Source: Mobula birostris (lineage: Eukaryota). Taken from it: a stretch of 64,000 nt of DNA. Below are positions 49,390 through 62,625 of the stretch, one piece after another. Each line of letters opens with the position of its first letter. Positions within the stretch are counted from its first letter, which is position 1. Location of the stretch: the NCBI RefSeq assembly GCF_030028105.1, contig NC_092377.1, positions 3,725,079 through 3,789,078 of the forward strand. The letters are read 5' to 3'. The notes beneath the pieces were generated by a model that saw only the letters and a list, made by a program, of their open reading frames with translations, was not told the origin of the DNA and searched no databases. The position numbers and the translations under genes were made by a program.

Positions 49390-51350
49390 GTGAGCACAGT
49401 TTGGATTTGTTAATGTTCATTATGGAAAATTTGTTAATGTTCATTATGGAGAGTGATCTTTGAGGCAAAGTCTGTCATCTTGGGGTACATTGGTCCCAGG
49501 TATTGATAGAATGAGTCCAGACCCACAGTCTCAAATTTATATTTCAAAGCTGAATTACACTGAATTTCAATTAGTTCCATTTGGAGTTCCTCCGGCACAT
49601 CGGATGCTGCGTTGATGGCAAATGGCGAGCAAAATAGTGAGAATTCCTTCTCGAGCTGAGTGAAGACTTGGAAACGATTCTGAAATTCACTTCTCAGCCA
49701 TGATATTTTGTCCTTGTACTTGTCCATGTTGCCATTATTCCCAGGAGTGACACGCACAGACTGCAAAGAGGGGAAATGAGCTGGGTTGCTCCGGGACAGT
49801 TGCATCTCCCACAGGCCTAATTTAATTTGAAAGGCACGAATGCTGTCGTTGTATTCCGTAACAAGTTTGCTGCAGCATTGCATGTTAACATTAAGCACAT
49901 CTAAGTGCTCTGTTATATCCGCCAAAAATGCAAGATCATGAAGCTAGTCTGGGTCATCCAACTCTGCCACTGGCTTCCCTTTCTCGTTCATGGATAGTCC
50001 AATCTCTGCATGTAATTGAAACAAACATTTGATCACAACCCCTCTGCTCAACCAGCGGACTTCAGTGTGGTAGGGTAGGTCGTGCCTAATATTACTTTCG
50101 GACAAAAGAGTGTCAAATTGCCAATGGTTGAGTCCCTTGGCTCTAATAAAATTAACCGTTTTGATCACTACATCCATGACATTGTCCATTTTCAGTCTCC
50201 TGCTACGTAATGCCTCTTGGTGTATAATACGATGAAAATTCCAGAATTCCTGCTCTGGATTCTCTGTCTAAACGTTCTCTCTGAGTTTCACAACAAAACC
50301 TGCCATTTTCCCGACCATGGACGGTGCGCCATCTGTTGCCACGCTGACAGCGTGACTCCAGTCAACCCCCAGTCTGTCCAAGGCCTTGACGAGGCTGGAG
50401 AAAACGTTGTTCGCCGTTGTGGTGTTTGCCATGGGCACCATCTCCACAAACTCCTCGGTGACGGTCAAAGATGCATCAACACTACGAATAAGTATTCCCA
50501 ATTGAGCTACATCAGTCACGTCGGTGCTCTCATCAATTGCAATAGAGAAGGCAATAAATGACTTCACTTTCTGTATTAGTTGACTGTTCAAATCTCCTGC
50601 AAGATCCCTGATTCTCTCTGCCACAGTATTTCCTGACGAGTTGATATTACCAAAAGCCTGTCTCTTCTCAGGGCACACCAGCTCAGCCGCCGTCAGCATG
50701 CATGCTTTGATGAATTCCCCCTCTGAGTATGGCTTCGACGCAGCAGCTATTTTGTTGGCAATAATATAGCTGGCCTTGACAGCTCCATCATGAGTCTCTC
50801 GACTATTGGTGAACACTGATTGCTGTTTTTTCAGAGCTGCTCCAAGCTCGTTTACCTTTTGCGTTCTGAGTCGTCCTGTGTACTTGTCATATTTTTCTCC
50901 GTGTGATGTCTCTGTGTCGTTTGATATTGTTCTCTTGCCACAGCCACTTGTTGCGAGCATATCAGACGCACAGGTTTGCCGTTGACCTCACAAAAGGAAA
51001 AACGATCTGTCCAATTATCATTGAATATCCGACCTTCGACGTCAATTTTTCTTTTCTTGGAAAGCATTTTGAACCACAGCAGCAAACATTCTCAGCCTTG
51101 CTACAGGTGTTACTTACCTGAGTACTCTGTGTGCTTATACTGTGTCTGACGATGTAAGTGGGGCCCTAGTGGTCTTCAGTGCTGGGTGGTAGGTGCTTAC
51201 GCACAGCGGCTGGTTAATTGTTTTCTAGGTACACACAACAAGCTGCCGGCACAGCAGGCGTCATAGACAGCAGTGGGAGAGAGCGTGGCCGCCGTACAAA
51301 TACAGAATAAATGGTCGTGAATATACTTCTTTTTCCCCAAATCACCCCTG
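49390..51350 (-). mobile_element. hAT (Buster/SPIN/GTF2IRD2-like) transposase pseudogene
   Basis: Frameshifted ORFs 50852-51085, 50268-50960 (DESTD, TDGAPSM), 49944-50189 (VRWLSRG) and 49434-49925; possible TIR start CAGGGGTG at 51350. Confidence 0.88.
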
Positions 51351-51844
51351 TCATTGAGTATGCTTAAAATGGAGGTCAATAAGTTCTCGATTAGTCAGGA
51401 TGCCAAAGGTTATGGAGAGAAGGCAGGAGAATTGGGCTCAGAGGGAAACTAAATTAACCATGATTGAGTGGTACAGCAGACTTGATGGGCTGAATGGCCT
51501 CATTCTGCTCCTATGCTTTATGCTCTTATGGTCTGAGAATGCAGATTTTTCACCTGTGATCTGTCATTTCCTGAAGATATTTTATAATCTTCACTGCAAT
51601 TGGACTTGCTGATCGGTGATGAAAGTTCATCAGCCTGAAACGCTGCTTCTCTCTCCACATGGTGCTCTGATTTGCTGAGAACTTCCAGATTTTGGGTTCT
51701 TTTTCTTTCTGCCTCTCTGGTACTTTGTTTCTTCACTCTGCCCACATTGGCCGGATCCATTTTCTTTCTGTAAATTCTTTTGTCATTAGCGTTAGCTCTC
51801 CTCACACTAATTTTTAAATTTCTTTCACCTCATTTCTTTTACAT

Positions 51845-53830
51845 AGAACATAGAACATAGAATAGTACAGTACAGTACAGTACAGGCCCTTCGGCCTACA
51901 ATGTTGTGCCGATTCTCAACCCCTACCTCCCATATAACCCCCCACCTTAAATTCCTCAATATACCTGTCTAGTAGTCTCTTAAACTTCACTAGTGTATCT
52001 GCCTCCACCACTGACTCAGGCAGTGCATTCCACGCACCAACCACTCTCTGAGTAAAAAACCTTCCTCTAATATCCCCCTTGAACTTCCCACCCCTTACCT
52101 TAAAGCCATGTCCTCTTGTATTGAGCAGTGGTGCCCTGGGGAAGAGGCGCTGGCTATCCACTCTATCTATTCCTCTTAATATCTTGTATACCCCTATCAT
52201 GTCTCCTCTCATCCTCCTTCTCTCCAAAGAGTAAAGCCCTAGCTCCCTTAATCTCTGATCATATTGCATACTCTCTAAACCAGGCAGCATCTTGGCAAAT
52301 CTCCTCTGTACCCTTTCCTATGCTTCCACGTCCTTCCTATAGTGAGGTGACCAGAACTGGACACAATACTCCAAGTGTGGCCTAACCAGAGTTTTATAGA
52401 GCTGTGTCTTTACCTCGCGACTCTTTATCCCTCGACTTATGAAAGCTAACATCCCATAACCTTTCTTAACTATCCTATCTACCTGTGAGGCAACTTTCAG
52501 GAATCTGTGGACGTGTACCCCGAGATCTCTCTGCTCCTCCACACTACCAAGTATCCTGCCATTTACTTTGTACTCTGCCTTGGAGTTTGTCCTTCCAAAG
52601 TGTCCTCACACTTCTCCAGGTTGAACTCCATCTGCCACTTCTCAGCCCACTTCTGCATCCTATCAATGTCTCTCTGTAATATTTGACAATCCTCTACACT
52701 ATCTACAACACCACCAACCTTTGTGTCGTCTGTAAACTTGCAACCCACCCTTCTACCCCCTCATCCAGGTCGTTAATAAAAATCATGAAAAGTAGAGGTC
52801 CCAGAACAGATCCTTGTGGGACACCACTAGTCACAATCCTCCAATCTGAATGTACTCCCTCCACCATGACCCTCTGCTTTCTGCAGGCAGCCAATTCTGA
52901 ATCCATCTGGCCAAACTTCCCTGGATTCCATGCCTTCTGATTTTCTGAATAAGCCTACCGTGTGGAACCTTGTCAAATGCCTTACTAAAATCCATATAGA
53001 TTACATCCACTGTACTACCCTCATCTATATGCCTGGTCACCTCCTCAAAGAACTCTATTAGGCTTGTTAGACACGATCTGCCCTTCACAAAGCCATGCTG
53101 ACTGTCCCTGATCAGACCACAATTCTTTAAATGCCCAGAGATCCTATCTCTAAGAATCTTTTCCAACAGCTTTCCCACCACAGACGTAAGGCTCACTGGT
53201 GTATAATTACCCGGACTATCCCTACTGCCTTTTTTGAACAAGGGGACAACATTTGCCTCCCTCCAATCCTCCGGTACCATTCCCGTGGACAACAAGGACA
53301 TAACGATCCTAGTCAGAGGCTCAGCAATCTCTTCCCTCGCCTCATGGAGCAGCCTGGGGAATATTCCGTCAGGCCCCGGGGACTTATCTGTCCTGATGTA
53401 TTTTAACAACTCCAACACCTCCTCTCCCTTAACTTCAACATGCTCCAGAACATCAACCTCACTCATATTGTCCTCACCATCATCAAGTTCCCTCTCACTG
53501 GTGAATGCGGAAGAGAAGTATTCATTGAGGACCTCGCTCACTTCCACAGCCTCCAGGCACATCTTCCCACCTTTATCTCTAATCGGTCCTACCTTCACTC
53601 CTGTCATCCTTTTTTTCTTCACATAATTGAAGAATACCTTGGGGTTTTCCTTTACCCTACTTGCCAAGGCCTTCTCATGCCCCCTTCTTGCTCTTCTCAG
53701 CCCCTTCTTAAGCTCCTTTCTTGCTTCTCTATATTCCTCAATAGACCCATCTGATCCTTGCTTCCTAAACCTCATGTATGCTGCCTTCTTCCACCTGACT
53801 AGATTTTCCACCTCACTTGTCCCCCATGGT
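51845..53830 (-). mobile_element. CR1 (subfamily B-like) RT region and 3' end
   Basis: ORFs 52831-54117, 52703-52906, 52318-52542 and 51916-52290. Confidence 0.92.
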
Positions 53831-53904
53831 TCATGGTTCGTACAGAGCCATGGTAGTAGGGGATTCCATAGTGACAGGTACGGAAAAGGGTTTCTGCGGC
53901 AGAG

Positions 53905-56900
53905 GCCAGGGTAGCTTCCAGTAAGTTTTTTGTTCAGATTGTTTAGAGTAGAGAGAATGCCAGGCAGGATGTTGGAATGCTCCTCTTGCAGGATGTGGGA
54001 AGTCAGGGAGCCCTCCAGTGTCCCTGACAACGACACCTGCAAGAAGTGCATCCAGCTGCAGCTCCTAGCAAACCACGTTAGGGAACTGGAGCAGGAGCTG
54101 GATGACCTGCGGATCATTCGGGAGAATGAGGAGATTATAGATAGTAGCTATAGGGAGGTAGTTACGCCAAAGGAGCAGAGGACAGGAAATTGGGTCACTG
54201 TCAGGCGAGGGAAGAGGAAAGGGCAGGCAGAACAGGGTTCCCCTGTGGCCATTCCCCTCAACAACAAGTATACCGCATTGGTTACTGTTGGGGGGGGATG
54301 ACTTACCTGGGACAAGCTGCAGTAGCCGGATCTCTGGAACTGAGTCTGGCTCTGCAGTGCAGAAGGGAGGGGGGAAAAGAGGAGAGTGGTAGTGATAGGG
54401 GACTCGATAGTTAAAGGTGCAGATAGGAGGTTCTGTAGTCGTGACAGAGAATCCAGGATGGTTTGTTGCCTCCCGGGTGCCAGGGTCAAGGATGTCTCTG
54501 ATCGATTGCATGACATTCTGAAGTGGGAGGGTGATCAGCCAGATGTTGTGGTGCACATCGGTACCAATGACATAGCAAGGAAGAGTGAGGAGGTCCTGGA
54601 GAGTGAGTATAGAGAGCTTGGTAGGAAGTTGAAAAGCAGGACCTCGAGGGTGGTAATCTCAGGATTGCTACCTGTGCTAAGTGCCAGTGAGGGTAGGAAT
54701 AGGATGCTCCGGAGGATGAACAAGTGGCTGAGGAACTGGTGTAGGGGGCAGGGTTTCAGATTTCAGGATCATTGGGACCTCTTCTGGGGCAGGTGGGACC
54801 TGTACAAGAGAGACGGGTTACACTTGAACTACAGGGAGACCAATATCCTTTCAGGGAGGTTTGTTAGTGCTATTGGGAAAGCTTTAAACTAGGTTTGCAG
54901 GGGGATGGGAACCAGAGTGCCAGAGCTGACAGTGTGGCTGGGGTGAAAATAAATGATGTTAAAAGTTCAAGCAAATCCGCTGATAGAAAGGTTGTGAGTT
55001 GTGGTAAAAATCTTCTGAGGTGTATACATTTCAATGCTAGGAGTATTGCGGGAAAGGCAGATCAGCTGAGAGCCTGGACTGACACGTGGAATTATGATGT
55101 CATAGCAATTAGTGAAACTTGGCTACAGGAGGGGCAGGACTGGCAGTTTAATATTCCAGGGTTCCGATGTTTCAGATGTGATCGAGGCAGAGGAATGAAA
55201 GGTGGGGGAGTGGCATTGCTTGTTAGGGAAAATATTGCAGCAGTGCTCAGGCAGGACAGATTAGAGGGCTTGTCTACTGAGTCCTTATAGGTGGAGCTGA
55301 GAAACAGGAAAGGTATGGCCACATTGGTGGGATTGAATTACAGACCACCCAATAGTCAGCGAGAATTGGAAGAGCACATCTGCAGAGAGATGGCAGGCAA
55401 CGGCAGGAAACATAAAGTTGTGGTGGGAGCGGATTTTAATTTTCCATATATTGATTGGGACTCCCATACTGTTAGGGGCCTAGATGGTTTAGGGTTTGTA
55501 ACATGTGTTCAGGAGAGTTTTTTTAAATCAATATATAGAAGGACCAACTAGGGGGGCTGCAATATTGGATCTCCTGTTAGGAAACGAGTTAGGACAAGTG
55601 ACGGAAGTCTGTGTAGGGGAGCACTTTGGTTCCAGTGATCATAACACCATTAGTTTCAACTTGATCATGGACAAGGATAGATCTGGTCCTAGGGTTGAGG
55701 TTCTGAACTGGAAGAAGGCCAAATTTGAAGAAATAAGAAAGGATCTAAAAAGCGTGGATTGGGACAGGTTGTTCTCTGGTAAAGATGTGATCGGTAGTTG
55801 GGAAGCCTTCAAAGGAGAAATTTTGAGAGTGCAGAGTTTGTATGTTCCTGTCAGGATTAAAGGCAAAGTGAATAGGAATAGGGAATCTTGGTTCTCAAGG
55901 GATATTGCAACTCTGATAAAGAAGAAGAGGGAGTTGTATGAAATGTATAGGAAACAGGGAGTAAATAGGGTGCTTGAGGAGTATAAGAAGTGCAAGAAAA
56001 CACTTAAGAAAGAAATCAGGAGGGCCAAAAGAAGACATGAGGTTGCCTTGGCGGTCAAAGTGAAGGATAATCCAAAGAGCTTTTACAGATATATTAAGAG
56101 CAAAAGGATTGTAAGGGATAAAATTGGTCCTCTTGAAGATCAGAGTGGTCGGCTGTGTGCGGAACCAAAGGAAATGGGGGAGGTCTTAACTAGGTTTTTT
56201 GCGTCTGTATTTACTAAGGAAACTGGCAGGAAGTCTATGGAATTAAGGGAAACAATTAGTGAGATCATGGAAATTGTACAGATTGAAAAGGAGGAGGTGC
56301 TTGCTGTCTTGAGGAAAATTAAAGTGGATAAATCCCCGGGACCTGACAGGGTGTTCCCTAGGACCTTGAAGGAGACTAGTGTTGAAATTGCAGGGGCCCT
56401 GGCAGAAATATTTAAAATGTCGCTGTCTACGGGTGAGGTGCCGGAGGGTTGGAGAGTGACTCATGTTGTTCCGTTGTTTAAAAAAGGATTGAAAAGTAAT
56501 TCGGGAAATTATAGGCCGGTAAGTTTAACGTCGGTAGTGGGTAAGTTATTGGCGGGAGTACTAAGAGACAGAATCTACAAGCGTTTTGATAGACAGGGAC
56601 TTATTAGGGAGATTCAACATGGCTTTGTGCGTGGTAGGTCATGCTTGACCAATCTATTGGAGTTTTTCGAGGAGGTTACCTGGAAAGTGGATGAAGGGAA
56701 GGCAGTGGACATTGTCTACATGGACTTTAGTAAGGCCTTTGACAAGGTCCAGCACTGGAGGTTAGTTAGGAAAATTCAGTCGCTAGGTATACATGGACAG
56801 GTGGTAAATTGGATTAGACATTGGCTCAATGGAAGAAGCCAAAGAGTGGTAGTAGAGAATTGCTTCTCCGAGTGGAGGCCTGTGACTAGTGGTGTGCCAC

Positions 56901-57900
56901 AGGGATCAGTGCTGGGTCCATTGTTAGTTGTCATCTATATCAATGATCTGGATGATAATGTGGTAAATTGGATCAGCAAATTTGCTGATGATACAAAGAT
57001 TGGAGGTGTAGTAGACAGTGAGGAAGGTTTTCAGAGCCTGCAGAGGGACTTGGACCAGCTGGAAAAATGGGCTGAAAAATGGCAGATGGAGTTTAATACA
57101 GACAAGTGTGAGGTATTGCACATTGGAAGGACAAAGCAAGGTAGAATATACAGGGTTAATGGTAAGGCACTGAGGAGTGCAGTGGAACAGAGGGATCTGG
57201 GAATACAGATACAAAATTCCCTAAAAGTAGCATCACAGGTAGATAGGGTTGTAAAGAGAGCTTTTGGTACATTGGCCTTTATTAATCGAAGTATTGAGTA
57301 TAAGAGCTGGGATGTTATGATGAGGTTGTATAAGGCATTGGTGAGGCCGAATCTGGAGTATTGTGTTCAGTTTTGGTCACCAAATTACAGGAAGGATATT
57401 AATAAGGCTGAAAGAGTGCAGAGAAGGTTTACAAAGATGTTGCCGGTTATTGAGAAACTCAGTTACAGAGAAAGGTTGAATAGGTTAGGACTTTATTCCC
57501 TGGAGCGTAGAAGAATGAGGGGAGATTTGATAGAGGTATATAAAATTATGATGGGTATAGATAGAGTGAATGCAAGCAGGCTTTTTCCACTGAGGCAAGG
57601 GGAGAAAAAAACCAGAGGACATGGGTTAAGGGTGAGGGGGGAAAAGTTTAAAGGGAACATGAGTGGGGGCTTCTTCACTCAGAGAGTGGTGGGAGTATGG
57701 AATGAGCTGCCAGACGAGGTGGTAAATGCGGGTTCTTTTTTAACATTTAAGAATAAATTGGACAGATACATGGATGGGAGATGTATGGAGGGATATGGTC
57801 CGTGTGCAGGTCAGTGGGACTAGGCAGAAAATGGTTCAGCACAGCCAGGAAGGGCCAAAAGGCCTGTTTCTGTGCTGTAGTTTTTCTATGGTTTCTATGG
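53905..57900 (+). mobile_element. Nearly full-length CR1 subfamily A: ORF1 (Zn/coiled-coil plus SGNH esterase) and ORF2 (APE plus RT)
   Basis: CSSC...CKKC; GDS, HIGTND and DGLH esterase motifs (54386-54892); FNARS endonuclease; 772-aa ORF 55505-57823. Confidence 0.95.
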
Positions 57901-57904
57901 CTCT

Positions 57905-60900
57905 CTAACAAGTGAGATTTAAGGATGGTGTTTTGCCTCCCTGGTGCCAGGATCCAGGACGTCATGGACCGATTGCAGGGAATCCTCAAGAGGGAAGGTG
58001 AACTTCCGGAAGTGGTGGTGCATGTCGGCACAAATGACGTGGGGAAGAAGAGGAAAGACATTCTACAGCGCGACTTCAGAGAACTCGGAAGAAGGCTGAA
58101 AAGCAGGACTTCCCGGTTGGTTATCTCCGGTTTGCTTCCAGTTCCCCGTGCTGGAGTGGTCAAGAACAGGGAGATAATGGATCTGAATGTGTGCCTGAGG
58201 AACTGGTGCAGGAAGCAAGGATTTACATTCTTGGACCATTGGGTTATGTTTCGGGGTAAGGATGAATTGTACAAAAGGGACGGGTTGCACCTTAATAAGC
58301 GGGGCACCAGCATTCTGGCAAGCAGGTTTGCCTCTGCAACACAGGTGTGTTTAAACTAAGTAGTGGGGGGGGGGGGACGAACTGGAAACATAAGGATGGA
58401 GATAAAGGGAAAGTGAGAATAAGAAAAGTTCAGAATGACAGCAGAATCAACAGAGCGGAAAGCTCAAGAAGGGATCGTACAGTATGGCCAAGTGATATAG
58501 GAATTGATATGGGAGGTGAGGGAGTAATGAATTAAAAGTACTGTATATGAATGCACGGAGTATAAGAAATAAAGTGGATGGGCTTGAGGCACAGTTGGAA
58601 ATTGGTAAGTATGATGTTGTTGGAATAACAGAGACATGGTTTCAAGTGGACAGGACCTGGGAAATGAATATTCAAGGGTATACGTCCTATCAAAAGGACA
58701 GACTAATGGGCAGAGGGGGTGGGGTGGCTCTGTTGGTGAGGAATGATATTCAGTCCCTTGTGAGGGGGGACATAGAATCAGGAGACGTAGAGTCAGTATG
58801 GATAGAACTGAGAAATTCTAAGTGTAGAAAGACCCAAATGGGTTATGTACAGGCCCCCAAACAGTAGTCTGGATGTATAGTGTAAGTTGAATCAAGAGTT
58901 AAAATTGGCATGTCGCAAAGGTAATGCTACAGTTGTTATGGGGGATTTCAACATGCAGGTAGACTGGAGGAATCAGGTTGGTGCTGGACCCCAAGAAAGG
59001 GAGTTTGTGGAGTCCCCCTGAGATGGATTCTTAGAGCAGCTTGTACTGGAACCTACCAGAGAGAACGCAATTCTAGATTTAGTGTTGTGCAATGAACCAG
59101 ATTTGATCAGGGGCCTCGAGGTAAAGGAGCCATTAGGAGGTAGTGACCATAATATGATAAGTTTTAATCTACAATTTGGAAGGGAGAAGGGAAACTCGGA
59201 AGAGTCAGTATTACAGTTGAACAAAGGGAACTATGGTGCTATGAGGGAGGAGCTGGCCAAAGTTCAATGGAACAATATGCTAGCAGGATGACAGTGGAAC
59301 AACAATGGCAAGTGTTTCTGGGAATAAGGCGGAAGGTGCAGGATCAGTTCATTCCAAAGAGGAAGATAGATCCTAAGGGGAGTAAGGGGTGACTGTGGCT
59401 GACAAGGGAAGTAATGGACAGTATAAAAATAAAAGAGAAGAAGTATAACATAGCAAAGACGAGTGGGAAGCCGGAGAATTGGGAAACTTTTAAAGAGCAA
59501 CAGAAGGTAACTAAAAAGGCAATATGTGGAGAAAAAATGAGGTACGAAGGTAAACGAGCCAAGAATATGAAGGAGGATAGTAAAAGCTTCTTTAGGTATG
59601 TGAAAAGGAAAAAAAATAGTTAAGACCAAAATTGGGCCCTTGAAGACAGAAGCGGGTGAATTTATTATGGGGAACAAGGAAGTGACAGACGAGTTGAACA
59701 GGTACTTTGGATCTGTCTTCACTGGGGAAGACACAAACAATCTCCCAGATGTAATAGTGGCCAAAGGACCGAGGGTAATGGATGAATTGAAGGGAATTTA
59801 TATTAGGCAGGAAATGGTGTTGGATAAGCTGTTGGGTCTGAAGGCTGATAAGTCCCCAGGACCTGATGGTCTGCATCCCAGGATACTTAAGGAGGTGGCT
59901 TTAGAAATCGTGGACGCATTGGTAATCATTTTCCAAAGTTCTATAGATTTGGGATCTGTTCCTGTGGATTGGAGAGTGGCGAATGTTGTCCCTCTCTTCA
60001 AGAAGGGAGGAAGAGAGAAAACAGGGAATTATAGACCGGTTAGCCTGACGTTGCTGGTGGGAAAGATGCTGGAGTCAATTATAAAAGATGAAATTACGAC
60101 ACATCTGGATAGTAGTAACAGGATTGGTCCAAGTCAGCATGGAATTATGAAAGGGAAATCGTGCTTGACTAATCTTCAGGAATTTTTTGAGGATGTAACT
60201 ATGAAAATGGACAAGGGAGAGCCTGTAGATGTAGTGTACCTGGACTTTCAGAAAACCTCTGATAAAGTCCCACATAGGAGATTAGTGGGAAAAATTAGGG
60301 CACATGGTATTGGGGCAGAGTACTGACATGGATTGAAAATTGGTTGGCTGACAGAAAACAAAGAGTAGCGATTAACGGGTCCCTTTCGGAATGGCGGGCA
60401 GTGACCAGTGGGGTACCGCAGGGTTCAGTGCTGGGACCGCAGCTGTTTACAATATATATTAATGATTTAGATGAGGGAATTAAAAGTAACATTAGCAAAT
60501 TTGCCGATGACACAAAGCTGGGAGGCAGTGTGAAATGTGAGGAGGATGTTATGAGAATGCAGGGTGACTTGGACAGGCTGGGCAGATGTCGTTTAATGTG
60601 GATAAGTGTGATAAGTGTGAGGTTATCCACTTTGGTGGTAAGAACAGGAAGACATTATTATCTAAATGGAATCAAGTTAGGAAAAGGGGAAGCACAATGA
60701 GATCTGGGTGTTCTTGTACATCAGTCACTGAAAGCAAGCATGCAAGTACAGCAGGCAGTGAAAAAAGCTAATGGCATGCTGGCCTTCATAACAAGGGAAA
60801 TTAAGTATAAGAGCAAAGAAGTCCTTCTGCAGCTGTACAGGGCCCTGGTGAGACCACACCTGGAGTATTGTGTGCAGTTTTGGTCTTCAAATTTGAGGAA

Positions 60901-61415
60901 GGATATTCTTGCTATTGAGGGAATGCAGCGTAGGTTCACAAGGTTAATTCCCAGGATGGCGGGACTGTCATATATCGAAAGATTGGAGCGACTGAGCTTG
61001 TATTCTCTGGAATTTAGAAGGCTGAGAGGGGATCTTATTGAAACATATAAGACTATTAAGGGATTGGACACGCTGCAGGCAGGAAGCATGTTCCCACTGA
61101 TGGGTGGGTCCAGAACCAGAGGCCACAGTTTAAGAATTAGGGGTAGGTCCTTTAGAACGGAGTTGAAAAACTTTTTCACCCAGAGAGTGGTAGATTTATG
61201 GAATGCTCTGCCCCAGAAGGCCGTGGAGGCCAAGTCTCTGGATGCTTTCAAAAAAGAGATGGATAGAGCTCTGAATGATAGCGGAATCAAAGGCTATGGG
61301 AATAAGGCAGGAACTGGATACTGATAGTGGATGATCAGCCATGATCACAGTGAATGGCAGTGCTGGCTCAAAGGGCCGAATGGCCTACTCCTGCACCTAT
61401 TGTCTATTGTCTATT
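57905..61415 (+). mobile_element. CR1 subfamily C from the ORF1 esterase to the 3' end, many stops
   Basis: ORFs 57925-58359 (HVGTND, DGLH), 58547-58867, 59640-60326 and 60740-61324. Confidence 0.92.
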
Positions 61416-62044
61416 GTTCCTTCATCCTACCATTCTTTATCTTCCTCACCGGGACAAATTTATCCCTAACATCCTGCAAGAGATCTCTAAACATCAACTA
61501 CATGTCCATAGTACATTTCCCTGCAAAAACATCATCCCAATTCACAGCCACAAGTTCTAGCCTTATAGCCTCATAATTTGCCCTTCCCCAATTAAAAATT
61601 TTCCTGTCCTCTCTGATTCTATCCTTTTCAATGCATACAATTCGTAGATACGTGGTGAGGTTTTAATCTCTTCCACGGAAGATGGCCGTTGGCTCACAAG
61701 GAGCTCATCCACCCTTTGTCAGGTCTTGTTTTTTTCAGTCCTGCTGGGTGTCCTCACACCCTCCTCACCAGACTAAGTCCAGTCGGGGAGCCGGCCACAT
61801 CGCCGACCACTCGACCAAGGCGCCCGTCCTAATCATATTATACTTCTCCAAATGTTAATCCTGCCTCTCAGGATCTTCTCTTTCAACTTACCATCTGCTG
61901 AAGTAAGAAGTTTTCTAAGATGTTGAAGTTTTGTGAGATGTTGGTGAGGCCTAATTATTTTCCTCACATCCATATACCAATCTAAATGTCTCTTAAAAAT
62001 ACCTAATGCCTCTGTCTGTATCACCACCCTAGGCAGTGCATTCC

Positions 62045-62625
62045 ACATCCCATTCCCATTCTGATATGTCTACCCACGGCTTCCTCTACTGTAAAGATGA
62101 AGCCACACTCAAGTTGGAGGAATAACACCTTATATTCCGTCTGGGTAGCCTCCAACCTGATGGCATGAACATCGACTTCTCTAACTTCCGCTAATGCCCC
62201 ACCTCCCCCTCGTACCCCATCCATTATTTATTTATGTACTCACATTCTTTCTCTCACTCCCCTTTTTCTCCCTCTGTCCCTCTGACTATACCCCTTGCCC
62301 ATCCTCTGGGTTCCCCCCCCACCCCTGTTTTTGTCCCCGGACCTCCTGTCCAATGAACCTCTCATATCCCTTTTGCCAATCACCCATCCAGCTCTTGGCT
62401 CCATCCCTCCCCCTCCTGTCTTCTCCTATCATTTTGGATCTCCCCCTCCCCCTCCAACTTTCAAATCTCTTACTAACTCTTGCTTCCGTTTGTCCTGATG
62501 AAGGGTCTGGGCCCGAAAGTCAACTGTACCTCTTCCTAGAGATGCTGCCTGGCCTGCTGCGATCACCAGCAACTTTGATGAGTGTTGCTTGAATTTCCAG
62601 CATCTGCAGAATTCCTGTTGTTTGT
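62045..62625 (+). mobile_element. Penelope GIY-YIG C-terminus and pLTR with a degenerate hammerhead
   Basis: HLIFRLGSLQPDGMNIDFSNFR* sequence; CTGATGA at 62495-62501 and GAAA at 62515-62518. Confidence 0.85.
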
